DNA of 64,000 bases from Candidatus Rokuibacteriota bacterium. Lineage in GTDB: Bacteria; Methylomirabilota; Methylomirabilia; Rokubacteriales; CSP1-6. The notes beneath the pieces were generated by a model. That model made no database searches. It saw only the letters and a list, made by a program, of their open reading frames with translations, and was not told the origin of the DNA. The position numbers were made by a program, and so were the translations under genes. Positions 19,602 through 33,668 of the stretch are shown one piece after another; positions within the stretch are counted from its first letter, which is position 1; the number at the start of each line of letters is the position of its first letter. The stretch lies in contig JAUSJX010000078.1 of NCBI GenBank assembly GCA_030647435.1, forward strand, positions 40,878 through 104,877. The letters run 5' to 3'.

Positions 19602-20344
19602 ATGGCCTCCCCCATCGTCCGCACCGAGCGACTGACCCGAAGCTTCGGCAGCCTCATGGCCGTCGCGCAGGTGGACTTCGAGGTCGAGCGCGGCGAGCTG
19701 CGCTCGATCATCGGCCCGAACGGCGCGGGCAAGACGACCTTCTTCCGACTGATCTCGGGCGAGATGGCGCCCTCCGCGGGCCGGATCTGGTTCGACGGGC
19801 GCGAGATCACCGGCCTGCCCCAGCACAGGGTCTCGCGTCTCGGCGTCGCCAAGTCGTACCAGATCACCAACATCTTCCCGCATCTCTCCGTGCTCGAAAA
19901 TGTCCGCGTGGCCGCGCAGACGTACCGCCTCTCGTTCAACTTCTGGGGGCGCGCCGTGGCGCTCCACGGCATCCGGGACAAGGCCGGCGCCATCCTGAAA
20001 CAGGTCGGCCTCTGGGACAAGCGGACCCTCCTCGCGGCCCATCTCTCTCACGGCGAGCAGCGCCACCTCGAGCTCGGCATCGCGCTCTCGACCGATCCGA
20101 CGCTCCTCCTGCTCGACGAGCCCACGGCCGGCATGAGCCCGGAGGAGACGGACGAGACCATCCACCTGATCCGCCGCATCGCCGAGGGGCGCACCGTCAT
20201 CCTGATCGAGCACAAGATGAAGGTCGTCATGAACATCTCCGACCGCATCACCGTGCTGCACCAGGGTCAGGTGCTGGCCGAGGGCAGCCCCGCCGAGATC
20301 CGCGCCAACCTGCGCGTGCAGCAGACCTACCTGGGCGCCGCCAA

Positions 20345-20348
<4 letters not shown>
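19602..20348 (+). CDS. livG: Branched-chain amino-acid ABC transporter ATP-binding protein (LivG-type)
   Basis: Walker A GPNGAGKTT, ABC signature LSHGEQRHLE, Walker B LLLLDEP. Confidence 0.85.
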
Positions 20349-21061
<713 letters not shown>

Positions 21062-21097
21062 GCGCGGGAGTTGGGGGCATGTCGAGGTGGCCCGGGT

Positions 21098-22363
21098 TCA
21101 ACGCGAACTCCACATCCCCGAGCCGGAAATGCCCGCGTACACGGCCAGGCCGGCGGTAAGCCCAGACACAGCGATCACAATCCAGCCGTAGGCGCCGCGC
21201 AGCCGATGTTCCGCCGGCAGAGCCTTTATGGCCAACAGGATCAGGAACCCAAGGACCAGCGGCAGTATCAGGGCGTTCATCACCTCGACGGCGATGTTCA
21301 GCCTCACGAGGTCCGGTACAAAGGCGACCACGACAGCGCCCCCGACGACAGCGGCCGTGTAGACCGCATAGAACCAGGGCGCTTCCATGGGATGGTGCTC
21401 GAGCGAGCGCTTGTAGCCGGCAACCTCTCCGAAGCCCCACGCCGAAGCCAATGACACGACGATGGCGGCCACCATCGCGGCGCCGATGATGCCGAGGCTG
21501 AAAACCAGGCGGCCGACGGCCGGACCCATGAAGGGCGTGAGGGCATTGCTGATGTCGCCGACCGTGTTGAGGCTCGCAGCGGAGTTGGATTTCCCAATGG
21601 TGGCGGCGGTCGCCACCAAGACAGCCGCCATGACGAGTTGAGTCATGACCGCGCCCAGCGCTGTGTCCCAGCGGGCATCCTTGTAATGCTCGGGCCGCAG
21701 CTTCTTGTCGGCAACCGCCGATTGCTGATAGAAAATCATCCACGGCATGAGGACCGCCCCGATATTGGCGGCGACCAGGTAGAGATAGTCCTTGTCGTGG
21801 AGCGGCATGTGCGTCAGCCCCGACGCCACTTCCGCGCCTTGCGGGTGCGCCGCGTAGGCGACCCAGAAGAAGGCGAACTCGAACAGACCGAGGGCGATGG
21901 CAACCCGTTCGACGCGCCGGTAGGACCCAGTCCAGACAACCACCAGCAGGAAGCCTACGGCGAGACTCAGGCTGACGATCCGCGGCACGCCGAAGAGCTC
22001 GCCCACCGCCGCCACGCCGGAAAACTCTGTCAGCAGCGCTCCAACGGTCGCCACCCCCAGGCCCGCGACCGAGACCCAGGCCCAGAGCGGCCCGAACGTC
22101 TCCCGGATCAGCTCGCCATGTCCCTTGCCGGTGAAGATCCCGAGCCTGACGGTCAGCTCCTGCACCACATAGAGGATGGGCATCAGGATGGCCTGCAGGA
22201 GCAGGAGGCTGTAGCCCCATTGGACCCCGCTCTGCCCCGCGGTGATGATGCTGCCGACATCCGTATCCGCGAGCATGACCACGAGGCCGGGCCCGAGCAC
22301 GGCAAAGAAGGTCTTCCACCGCGAGGCAGCGAGACGCCCGCCCGCCAGGACGTCATTGCTCAT
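21098..22363 (-). CDS. NRAMP-family divalent metal cation transporter
   Basis: 11-12 TM protein with an NRAMP-like N-terminal region (GPGLVVMLADTDVGSIITAGQSG). Confidence 0.75.
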   Translation of the reverse strand: MSNDVLAGGRLAASRWKTFFAVLGPGLVVMLADTDVGSIITAGQSGVQWGYSLLLLQAILMPILYVVQELTVRLGIFTGKGHGELIRETFGPLWAWVSVAGLGVATVGALLTEFSGVAAVGELFGVPRIVSLSLAVGFLLVVVWTGSYRRVERVAIALGLFEFAFFWVAYAAHPQGAEVASGLTHMPLHDKDYLYLVAANIGAVLMPWMIFYQQSAVADKKLRPEHYKDARWDTALGAVMTQLVMAAVLVATAATIGKSNSAASLNTVGDISNALTPFMGPAVGRLVFSLGIIGAAMVAAIVVSLASAWGFGEVAGYKRSLEHHPMEAPWFYAVYTAAVVGGAVVVAFVPDLVRLNIAVEVMNALILPLVLGFLILLAIKALPAEHRLRGAYGWIVIAVSGLTAGLAVYAGISGSGMWSSR

Positions 22364-22410
22364 TCACACGGTTCCCTCTCGGCATCCGGTGGGGGCAAAC
22401 GACCGAGCGT

Positions 22411-23295
22411 CTAGCTCCCGGGCAGGCCGCTCATCCGCGCGAGGACATCGAAGACGGCGGTGAAGTCCTTATCTGCTAAGCCGAGGCCGCGCGCTGCCGT
22501 CAGCATCTCGTGGGTGAGGCTTGTCGACGGCAGCGGCACGCCTACCGCCCGCCCCTGCTCGAGCGCCAGCTGGAGGTCCTTCTGCATGAGCACCACGTTG
22601 AAGAGCGCCTCCTCGGGCATCTTCAGCACGAAGGGCCCGCGGTACTTCAGCATGGGCGACGCCGTGACGCTCTTGAGGAGCGCCTCGACGGCGCGCTCGC
22701 GCGGGATGCCTGACTTCTCTGCCAGCAGCACCGACTCGGCGAAGGCCAGGATCTGGACGCCGATGCCGAGGTTGATGGCGATCTTCATGGTGACGGCCAG
22801 GCCGAGTGCGCCGACATGAGTGATCGTGGGGCCGATGGCGAGGAGGTAGGGGCGCACGCGCTCGAGCGCGGCGGGATCGCCGCCGACGATGAACGACAGC
22901 TGCCCCTGTGCGATGGTGACGGTGCTGCCCGACACGGGCGCGTCGATTATCGCCGCTCCCCGCTCCGCCACGCGCTCGCCCAGCATGCGCGTCACCGCCG
23001 GGCTGACGGTGCTCATCTCGGCCCACACCGCTCCCTTGCCGAGGCCGGCCAGAATGCCGTCGGGGCGGAGGGCCACGTCGCGCAGTGCCTCTGAGTCCGT
23101 CACCATGCTCAGCACCACGTCGGCGCCGTCCACCGCGGCGCGGGCCGAGTCGGCGACGGTCATCCCCTGGGACACCAGCGCTAGAGCTTTCGCGCGGGTC
23201 CTGTTGTAGCCGGTGACGGGGTGGCCCGCCGCGAGGAGACGCTTGACCATGGCGCTGCCCATGGCGCCAAGGCCCACGAACGCGATCTTCGGCAT
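22411..23295 (-). CDS. NAD(P)-dependent oxidoreductase, 3-hydroxyisobutyrate dehydrogenase (HIBADH) family
   Basis: N-terminal Rossmann motif FVGLGAMGSAM and HIBADH-type catalytic region. Confidence 0.85.
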   Translation of the reverse strand: MPKIAFVGLGAMGSAMVKRLLAAGHPVTGYNRTRAKALALVSQGMTVADSARAAVDGADVVLSMVTDSEALRDVALRPDGILAGLGKGAVWAEMSTVSPAVTRMLGERVAERGAAIIDAPVSGSTVTIAQGQLSFIVGGDPAALERVRPYLLAIGPTITHVGALGLAVTMKIAINLGIGVQILAFAESVLLAEKSGIPRERAVEALLKSVTASPMLKYRGPFVLKMPEEALFNVVLMQKDLQLALEQGRAVGVPLPSTSLTHEMLTAARGLGLADKDFTAVFDVLARMSGLPGS

Positions 23296-23300
23296 CAGCC

Positions 23301-24485
23301 CTACTTTGGACCTGGCGGGGCCTGGGTGCCCGCGCCGAACTCGAACATGCCTCCGCCCAGCCCCAGCGCGAGCTTGCCCATGCCCTCAACCATCCGGTCC
23401 ATCGTGGGCGGCATGAGCGACGCCGTGCGCATGTCACGGAAAGCCCGCTCCACGGGATAGTCCTTGTAGGCGCCGCGCCCGCCGGTGATCTGGAGCGCCA
23501 GCGACGTGACGTGCAGTCCGATCTCCGTGGTCAGGTACTTGGCGCGGTTGGCCAGGTGCCCGCGCTGCGCCACGTCGGCCGCTTCCCAGCGCGAGGCCGA
23601 GTCGTGGAGGACGAGCCGCGCGGCGTCCAGCCGCGCCTCGAGGTCGCCGATCTGGCGCTGGACTCCCGGGTCATTGGCCACGGGAACGTTCTCGGGCTTG
23701 ACGACCCGCTTCTTCACGTAGTCCGCGGCGAACTCGAAGGCCGCCTCCGCGATGCCGACGTAGACGGCCGCGTAGCCCAGCGCGAAGCTCTCGACCACGC
23801 CCACACCCGTCGCCGAGCCGGGCTTGCCGAGCGCCGCGTCCTGCGGGACGCGCACGTTCGACAGGGTGACGGTCGGGCTGAAGGTCGCGCGCATGCCGAG
23901 GGTGTCCCACTTGCCGTCGGTGGAGATGCCGGCGCTCTCGGCGGGCACGAGGACCTGGAGGAGCGCGCTGGCCATGTCGCCGCTGCCGTCGAGGGCGCAC
24001 CAGACCATGTAGTACGAGGCGCCGAGCGCCATGGTGCAGAAGTGCTTGACGCCGTCCACGACCCATCCGCCGTCCGCCGCGCGCACGACCGTCTCCATCG
24101 TGAAGGTGCGCGAGAGACTCACGGCAGGCTCGCTGCCCCAGCTACCGAACATCCGGCCGCGCTCGACCGCCTCGGCGAAGTAGCGGCGCTTCTGCGCCTC
24201 GGTGCCGAGAGCGTCGATAAAGCGCATGACCGTGGAATGCATGTGGACCGTCATGGCCGTGCTGGCGCAGCCGCGGGCGATCGTGCGGATGACGCCGATA
24301 TAGGTCGCCATGTCGAGCCCCATGCCGCCGTACGCCTTCGGAACCGCGCACCCCAGATACCCCTCGCGCCGGAGGTCGCCCCAGCTCTCCACGGGGTTCT
24401 TGCCCTCGCGGTCGTACATCGCCGCGCGCGGGGCGATCTTCTCGCGCGTGAGCGCGTCGGCGCGGTCGACAACGTCCTGCCGCAT
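23301..24485 (-). CDS. Acyl-CoA dehydrogenase
   Basis: ACAD three-domain organisation with the C-terminal motif QITGGRGAYKDYPVERAFRD. Confidence 0.85.
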   Translation of the reverse strand: MRQDVVDRADALTREKIAPRAAMYDREGKNPVESWGDLRREGYLGCAVPKAYGGMGLDMATYIGVIRTIARGCASTAMTVHMHSTVMRFIDALGTEAQKRRYFAEAVERGRMFGSWGSEPAVSLSRTFTMETVVRAADGGWVVDGVKHFCTMALGASYYMVWCALDGSGDMASALLQVLVPAESAGISTDGKWDTLGMRATFSPTVTLSNVRVPQDAALGKPGSATGVGVVESFALGYAAVYVGIAEAAFEFAADYVKKRVVKPENVPVANDPGVQRQIGDLEARLDAARLVLHDSASRWEAADVAQRGHLANRAKYLTTEIGLHVTSLALQITGGRGAYKDYPVERAFRDMRTASLMPPTMDRMVEGMGKLALGLGGGMFEFGAGTQAPPGPK

Positions 24486-24486
24486 C

Positions 24487-24948
24487 CTAGCCCGCCATGG
24501 ACGGCGCCGCGGCCGCGCTCTTGCGGGCGGTCTTCTTGCAGCGGCACGTGCCGGCCTCGTGCAGCTCGATCAGGTTGCCGTGCGGGTCATCCATGAACAG
24601 CTGCTCGAGCTGGGGGCCGACGACGGACACGATGCTCCAGTACTTGACGCCCATCCGGTCCAGCTCGCGCTTGGCCTCCTGGACGTCGGGGACGGCCAGC
24701 GCCACGTGGAGCGTCGTCGGATCCTGCTTCGGCCCTTTGGCGTAACGCGACATCCCGTCGCAGCCCATGATATGGATCTGCGTATCGTTGCCGCAGTCCA
24801 TCCAGTAGCCGGGGATGCCGGGGATGTTCGGGCGCCCCGCGTCCGGCGTGAGCCCCAGCACATCGCGGTAGAAGGCCAGCGACTTGTCGGTCTCTTCCGG
24901 GTTGACGCGAATGCCGTGATGATGCAGCTCCAGCACCTTGACCGCCAT
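24487..24948 (-). CDS. VOC-family protein (glyoxalase / bleomycin-resistance / dioxygenase fold)
   Basis: HHHGIRV..E..FY motif at the N-terminus. ATG at 24948 follows AAGGAGGA. Confidence 0.75.
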   Translation of the reverse strand: MAVKVLELHHHGIRVNPEETDKSLAFYRDVLGLTPDAGRPNIPGIPGYWMDCGNDTQIHIMGCDGMSRYAKGPKQDPTTLHVALAVPDVQEAKRELDRMGVKYWSIVSVVGPQLEQLFMDDPHGNLIELHEAGTCRCKKTARKSAAAAPSMAG

Positions 24949-24962
24949 GATGTCCTCCTTGG

Positions 24963-25949
24963 CTACGGTTTCGCTCCGGCGGAGGTGCCGCCCGGGAGTC
25001 TGTCGATCAATGTGCCCCAGATGCCCTTGGGCAGGAACAGCACGAACGCCATGAAGATGAGGCCGATCACGAGCGGCCAGCGCTCGGTGAAGACGGCCAG
25101 CCGGTCTCCAAGCACCAGATACGTGCCGGCGCCGACGAAGGGCCCGAAGAAGGTGCCCGCACCACCGAGAAGCGTCATGATCACCACCTGACCAGACGTG
25201 ACCCAGTACAGCGACTCGACGGGCACGACGGCCAGCCGCAGCGCGTCCAGCCCCCCAGCCAGGCCCGCGAAGAACGCCGAGAAGACGAAGGACAGGTGCT
25301 TGACGCGGCGGACGTCGTAGCCGCACGCCGCCGCGCGGTCGCCGTTCTCACGGATTGCCTGGAGCACGGTGCCGAAGGGCGAGTCGAGGATCCGCTTGAG
25401 GCCCGCGACCGCGAGCCAGACCAGGACAAACGTGAAGTAGTAAAAAGCCAGCGAGCCTTCGAGGTCGATCTTCCAGCCGAAGAGATTGAGCGGCAGCTGA
25501 GGAATGCCGCGCAGACCGTCGTCGCCGCCCGTCACGTCAGACAGGTGGAACGCGACGAAGTAGAGGAGCTGGGCAAAGGCGAGCGTCAGCATGGCGAAGT
25601 AGATGCCGCGCCGCCTCAGGCAAAAGAAGCCGATGGCGATGCCGCCCAGGACGGCCAGGAGCGGCCCCGCGGCGATCCCGAGCCAGAGCGAGCCCAGCTT
25701 GAGCTTGGCGAGCGCGATGCCCGTGCCGTAGGCGCCGAGGCCGTAGTAGGCCGCGTGGCCGAAGGACAGGAGGCCCGTGTAGCCGTAGAGAAGGTTGAAG
25801 CCGAGCGCGAAGAGTCCGAAGATCAGAACCTGGGACGCCAGTGACTTGTACGGCATGAGGAACGGAAACACCGCGAAGAACATGCCGAAGGCCGCCACAG
25901 GATGGCGGCCCACCCATGAAATCAGGGCGCCCGCGCCGGGCACCCTCAC
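24963..25949 (-). CDS. livM: Branched-chain amino-acid ABC transporter permease (LivM-type)
   Basis: Multi-TM permease with the Liv-type conserved loop. Confidence 0.85.
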   Translation of the reverse strand: MRVPGAGALISWVGRHPVAAFGMFFAVFPFLMPYKSLASQVLIFGLFALGFNLLYGYTGLLSFGHAAYYGLGAYGTGIALAKLKLGSLWLGIAAGPLLAVLGGIAIGFFCLRRRGIYFAMLTLAFAQLLYFVAFHLSDVTGGDDGLRGIPQLPLNLFGWKIDLEGSLAFYYFTFVLVWLAVAGLKRILDSPFGTVLQAIRENGDRAAACGYDVRRVKHLSFVFSAFFAGLAGGLDALRLAVVPVESLYWVTSGQVVIMTLLGGAGTFFGPFVGAGTYLVLGDRLAVFTERWPLVIGLIFMAFVLFLPKGIWGTLIDRLPGGTSAGAKP

Positions 25950-26827
25950 TCCGCGAGCCCGGCCTCGCCGAAGATGCCGCTGGGCCGGACGAGGAGGACC
26001 ACTGCCATCACGACGAAGACCATGATCTCGGCGGCCTTGGGTGCGAAGTAGGTGGTGATGCCTACCACTTGCCCCATCAGGATGCCTGCGACCACGGCGC
26101 CGAGGAGGCTGCCCATCCCGCCCACGACGACCACCACGAAAGACTCGATGACCATCGTGACACCCATCTCGGCGTAGGCGCCCCGCATCGGGCCTGCGAG
26201 CGCTCCCGCGAGACCCGCCAGGCCGCAGCCGATGCCGAAGACGAGCAGCCAGATGCGGTTGAGGTTGATGCCGAGCGCCCGGACCATCAGCGGGTCGCGC
26301 GAGCCCGCGCGGATGATGAGGCCGACATTGGTGCGCGTCAGGAAGGCCCAGAGACCGAAGAGGACGACGATGGTGACCGCGATGACGAAGAGGCGGTACG
26401 CGGGAAAGATCATGAAGCCCAGATTGACCGTCCCGGCAAGCTCACGCGGGGGATCGAGCGTGAGCCCGATCTTCCCCCAGATGATCTTGGCGGTTTCGAT
26501 GAGCACGAGGGAGAGTCCGAACGTGAGCAGCAGAGGATCGTCCGGGCTCCGACCGTAGAGCCTCCGGATGAGGAAGCGCTCGATGAGGAGCCCGAACGTC
26601 CCGACCATGAGCGGCGCCAGCAGCAGCGCCAGCCAGAAGTTGCGCGTGTAACCGAGAAAGAACACGGTGAAGTAGGCGCCCAGCATATACAGCGCCCCGT
26701 GCGAGAAATTGACCACGGTCATGAGCCCGAAGATCAGCGACAGGCCGATCGCGAGCAGCACGAAGAGCATCCCCAGCACCAGACCGGTGAAGATCTGGGG
26801 CAGGACCGCGGCGAGCGAGAAGTCCAT
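25946..26827 (-). CDS. livH: Branched-chain amino-acid ABC transporter permease (LivH-type)
   Basis: Multi-TM permease. The stop overlaps the livM start. Confidence 0.85.
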   Translation of the reverse strand: MDFSLAAVLPQIFTGLVLGMLFVLLAIGLSLIFGLMTVVNFSHGALYMLGAYFTVFFLGYTRNFWLALLLAPLMVGTFGLLIERFLIRRLYGRSPDDPLLLTFGLSLVLIETAKIIWGKIGLTLDPPRELAGTVNLGFMIFPAYRLFVIAVTIVVLFGLWAFLTRTNVGLIIRAGSRDPLMVRALGINLNRIWLLVFGIGCGLAGLAGALAGPMRGAYAEMGVTMVIESFVVVVVGGMGSLLGAVVAGILMGQVVGITTYFAPKAAEIMVFVVMAVVLLVRPSGIFGEAGLAE

Positions 26828-26833
26828 CAGGGT

Positions 26834-28069
26834 CTAGACGAACCCCTTCTCGGCGCAGGTCCGGTCGTACTTCTCGTCCGCGGCCACCTTGGCCACGATA
26901 TCCATCAGCCCCCAATCGCCCTTGGTCTTGCCGGGACCTCGCCCCTTGACAATCCACATGTCCTGCATGGCCTTGTTGTCGCAGGCCCGCCACCACTCCT
27001 TGCCCTTGAAGTGGTCGTAGACGGGGCTCTTCCTGAGCGCGTTCGCGACGGCCTCGGCGTCGGTCGACTTGGCCAGCTCGACTCCGCGCCCGACCTCGAG
27101 CACTCCCGAGTAGGAGTACGCGCCGTAGTCGCCGGGCGGCATGTTGAACTTCTTCATGGACGCCTCGACGAACTTCTTCGCCGACGGGATCGTATCCTGC
27201 AGCTCCCAGTACCAGTTGATCGAGCCGTAGATGTCCGAGTAGAGCTCCGGCCCGCCTTCCTTCAGGTACGAGATCCACAGCAGCGGCTGAGCGAGCTTCA
27301 TGGTCTTGTCCATCCCGAAGCTCCGGGCCTGCTTGAGGTAGGCGATATTGTCCGCGCCGGGAGTTACCGACACGAGCACGTCGGGCTTGGCCGCCTGGAT
27401 CTTCGGCAGGTGGGCCGAGAACTCCGCGCTGCCGAGCGGGTACGGGGTGGCGCCGAGGAGCGTGCCGCCCTGCTTCTTGAGCGTGTCCTGGAGCACCGCG
27501 TTGTTCTGCTTGCCCCAGGCGTAGTCGGCGTAGATAATCCACCACTTCTTTCCGAGGTTCTGGGCAATCCAGGTGCCCATGACGCGCGAGGTGATGGTGG
27601 GGTTGAGCGCCTCGTGGAATGTGATGGGGCTCGTGTCGGGCTTGGCGCTGATCTCGTCGGACTGGCTGGTGGAGATGAAGAGAACCTTGGCTTTCTTGGT
27701 CTGTTCATTGATGGCCATCTGGACATGCGCGGCGAGGCCGCCGACGATGAACTGGCACTTCTGGTTCTCGATCAGCTCCTTCGTGCGCTGGGCGCCGACG
27801 GCCGGCTTGAGCTCGTCGTCGCGGAAGAGCACCTCGACCTTGCGGCCCATGACACCGCCCTTTGCGTTGAGCTCGTCCACGGCGAGCTGCGCGCCGCGCT
27901 GCATGTCCGCGGCCAGGGCCGCGAAGGGTCCAGTCAGCGGCAGCGGGCACCCGATGCGAAGCGGCTCAGCCTGCGCGCGGAGCACCGAGGGAAAGAGCCC
28001 ATGAGCGGCGACCGCTCCGGCGGTCGCGCCCGTTGCGCCCAGAAATTTGCGACGTGAGATCGACGCCAT
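26834..28069 (-). CDS. ABC transporter substrate-binding protein (Liv/urea-type periplasmic binding fold) with a Tat-like signal (SRRKFLG)
   Basis: ATG at 28069 follows GGAGGA. A twin-arginine motif is followed by a periplasmic-binding-protein type I fold. Confidence 0.85.
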   Translation of the reverse strand: MASISRRKFLGATGATAGAVAAHGLFPSVLRAQAEPLRIGCPLPLTGPFAALAADMQRGAQLAVDELNAKGGVMGRKVEVLFRDDELKPAVGAQRTKELIENQKCQFIVGGLAAHVQMAINEQTKKAKVLFISTSQSDEISAKPDTSPITFHEALNPTITSRVMGTWIAQNLGKKWWIIYADYAWGKQNNAVLQDTLKKQGGTLLGATPYPLGSAEFSAHLPKIQAAKPDVLVSVTPGADNIAYLKQARSFGMDKTMKLAQPLLWISYLKEGGPELYSDIYGSINWYWELQDTIPSAKKFVEASMKKFNMPPGDYGAYSYSGVLEVGRGVELAKSTDAEAVANALRKSPVYDHFKGKEWWRACDNKAMQDMWIVKGRGPGKTKGDWGLMDIVAKVAADEKYDRTCAEKGFV

Positions 28070-28140
28070 CGTCGTGTCCTCCTTCGGTGTGTGGGTGGGT
28101 GCCGGCGGGTCCGGCGCGCTCCGTTGATAGCAGGGGCCCC

Positions 28141-31640
<3,500 letters not shown>

Positions 31641-31686
31641 GGGATCACGCTTGACATGATATGCATTCTATACATATACTGGGGGC

Positions 31687-31970
31687 GTGGAGTTCGAGTG
31701 GGCCGGGCCAAACGAGAACACAATATCCGATCCCACGGCGTGGATTTCACGGAGGCGGCAAACACGTTTGACGACAGGCACGCGTCCTTCCAGTTCGACG
31801 GACGGCACTCCCTAGCGGAGGACCGATTCTTCCTCCTCGGCAAGACGCGGACTGGCCAATTGCTCATGACGGTCTTCACCTGGAGGGGCGTCAAGATTCG
31901 CATCATCTCGTCACGCCGGGCAAGCCGGCAGGAGGCCACTGGTTATGAGGAAAGAATTCGACTTCAGTAA
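31687..31970 (+). pseudogene. brnT: BrnT-family (DUF497) toxin gene with an apparent -1 frameshift after codon 7 (near 31705-31710)
   Basis: The GTG-EFEW N-terminus (after GGGGG) is in one frame. KREHNIRSHGVDFTEAANTFDD..IRIISSRRASRQE continues in the -1 frame. Alignment to brnT at 12750 places the break at one codon. Confidence 0.55.
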
Positions 31971-32283
31971 GGCGCGGCGGTCCGAGTTCTGGAAACACAT
32001 GCCGCCCCCGGACCAGCTCGCCCGCCACACTAAGGAGCGGATCACGATCTTCATCGACCTCGACATCTTGAACTTTTTCAGGGCCAGGGCGGCCAAGCGC
32101 GGCAAGCCGCCGTACCAGACCCAGATCAACCAGGCCCTGCGCGAGTACATGGAGGGCAGCCCTCCCCCGGGCAAGGGCGCCTTGGTCGCTGACGAGAAGC
32201 TCATCTCGCGGCTTGCCGAGCGGATCGCCGAGTACTCGACCACGAAGCGGAAGAAGCGTCGGGCGAAGAAGGCCAAGGCCTAG
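31945..32283 (+). CDS. brnA: BrnA-family antitoxin (ribbon-helix-helix)
   Basis: MRKEFDFSKARR N-motif and an RHH segment (ITIFIDLDILNFFRARAAKRGKPYQTQINQALREYM). It overlaps the brnT 3' end. Confidence 0.7.
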   Translation: MRKEFDFSKARRSEFWKHMPPPDQLARHTKERITIFIDLDILNFFRARAAKRGKPPYQTQINQALREYMEGSPPPGKGALVADEKLISRLAERIAEYSTTKRKKRRAKKAKA

Positions 32284-32286
32284 GTC

Positions 32287-33567
32287 CTACCACCCGACGA
32301 AGAGCGTTTCCGGCGCTTCGAGGCGGCGGATAATGGCTTGGGCAAAGCGCGCGCCGTCCGCGCCGTCGGCCACGCGGTGGTCGAAGGTCAGGGTGATCGG
32401 CAGCATCATGCGCGCCACAATCTGGCCGCCCCGCACGACGGGCTCCTCCCTGCCCCGCGCGACGGCGAGGATCGCCACTTCCGGGTAATTGATGATGGGA
32501 ATGGCGCCCGTGCCGCCGAGCGCGCCGATATTGGTGATCGTGAAGGTGCCGCCGCGGAGGTCGTCGAGCGCCGCCTTGCCGTCGCGCACCCGCTGGGCGA
32601 GCGCCGCAAGCTCGCGGGCGATGTCCATGACGGGCTTCGTGTCCACGTCGCGGATCACCGGGACGATGAGGCCCCGGTCCGTCGCCACGGCGATGCCGAG
32701 GTGGCAGTAGCGCTTGAGGATCAGCTCCCCCGCCCCGGCATCGAGGCTCGCGTTGAACTGCGGGTGCTCGTGGAGCGCCAGCGCCGCCGCCTTGAGGAGG
32801 AAGCTCGTGAGCGTCAGCGTGATGCCGCGCTGCTTGGCCGCCTCGAAGCTTCGCGTGACGATGGCGTTCAGATCGGTGACGTCGGCCTTGTCGAAGTGGG
32901 TCACGTGCGGGATCAGCGCGGCCGACAGCGCCATGCGCTCGGCAATGGTGCGGCGCAGATGCGAGAGCGGCTGGCGCTCGACGGGCCCCCACTGCTCGAA
33001 CTTGGGCAAGGGCGGCGGCTCGAGCCCGACGGCGGCGAGCGGCTTGGCCGGGCCCGCGGGAGCGGCGGCGCGCGCGGGCGCCCCGGGCTCCCCAGGCGCG
33101 CCCGAGGGCGTGCCCGCGCTCGCGCGCACGTCGTCGTCGGTGATGCGGCCCCCGGGGCCCGTGCCGCGCACGGCCTGAAGCTCCACGCCCAGCTCGCGCG
33201 CGAGGCGCCGCGTCGCGGGCGCGGCCGCAACCGGCCCGCCGTCGACGCGTGGCGCCGGCTTGGGCAGCGCCGCCGGCCCCGCCGATGCGGCAGCCGCGGG
33301 GGCAGAGCGTGCCGGCGCCGCCGTGCCACCGCCATCGGCGAAGCTCACGAGCGGCTGGCCGACCTTGACGGTCTGTCCGGGCTGGACATGGATCTTCTCC
33401 ACGCGCCCGGCGAAGGGCGACGGGATCTCGACCTGCGCCTTGTCGGTCTCGACCTCGAGGAGCGGCGAGTCCTCCTTCACGACGTCGCCCTCGTGGACCA
33501 GGACGGCGCGGATTTCGGCTTCGATCAATCCCTCGCCGAGATCTGGCAGGACAAAAGTGCGCGCCAT
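32287..33567 (-). CDS. Dihydrolipoamide acyltransferase (E2) of a 2-oxoacid dehydrogenase complex
   Basis: Lipoyl domain (VETDKA), Ala/Pro-rich linkers, an E3-binding domain, and a catalytic domain with DHRVADGA. Confidence 0.9.
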   Translation of the reverse strand: MARTFVLPDLGEGLIEAEIRAVLVHEGDVVKEDSPLLEVETDKAQVEIPSPFAGRVEKIHVQPGQTVKVGQPLVSFADGGGTAAPARSAPAAAASAGPAALPKPAPRVDGGPVAAAPATRRLARELGVELQAVRGTGPGGRITDDDVRASAGTPSGAPGEPGAPARAAAPAGPAKPLAAVGLEPPPLPKFEQWGPVERQPLSHLRRTIAERMALSAALIPHVTHFDKADVTDLNAIVTRSFEAAKQRGITLTLTSFLLKAAALALHEHPQFNASLDAGAGELILKRYCHLGIAVATDRGLIVPVIRDVDTKPVMDIARELAALAQRVRDGKAALDDLRGGTFTITNIGALGGTGAIPIINYPEVAILAVARGREEPVVRGGQIVARMMLPITLTFDHRVADGADGARFAQAIIRRLEAPETLFVGW

Positions 33568-33570
33568 CTA

Positions 33571-33652
33571 CACCCCCTCACCCTGACCTTCTCCCCCTCA
33601 CCCTACCCTCTCCCCCTCTGGGGGAGAGGACACAGGTGAGGGGGAGAGGGGA
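33571..33652. repeat. REP-like composite palindromic repeat (same family as 2221-2330)
   Basis: CCCTCACCC/CCCTCTCCCC..GGGGGAGAGG/GGTGAGGG nested inverted repeats in the E1beta-E2 intergenic spacer. Confidence 0.6.
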
Positions 33653-33668
33653 TCGCGCGGCGGCCATG

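Noticed and set aside
31687-32283. Cross-neutralisation between the two BrnT/BrnA modules (intact toxin + degenerate antitoxin at 12.7 kb; frameshifted toxin + intact antitoxin at 31.7 kb)
   Set aside because: The two BrnT sequences and the two BrnA N-termini are only distantly related, so cognate cross-talk is not supported by the sequence. Noted as speculation only.
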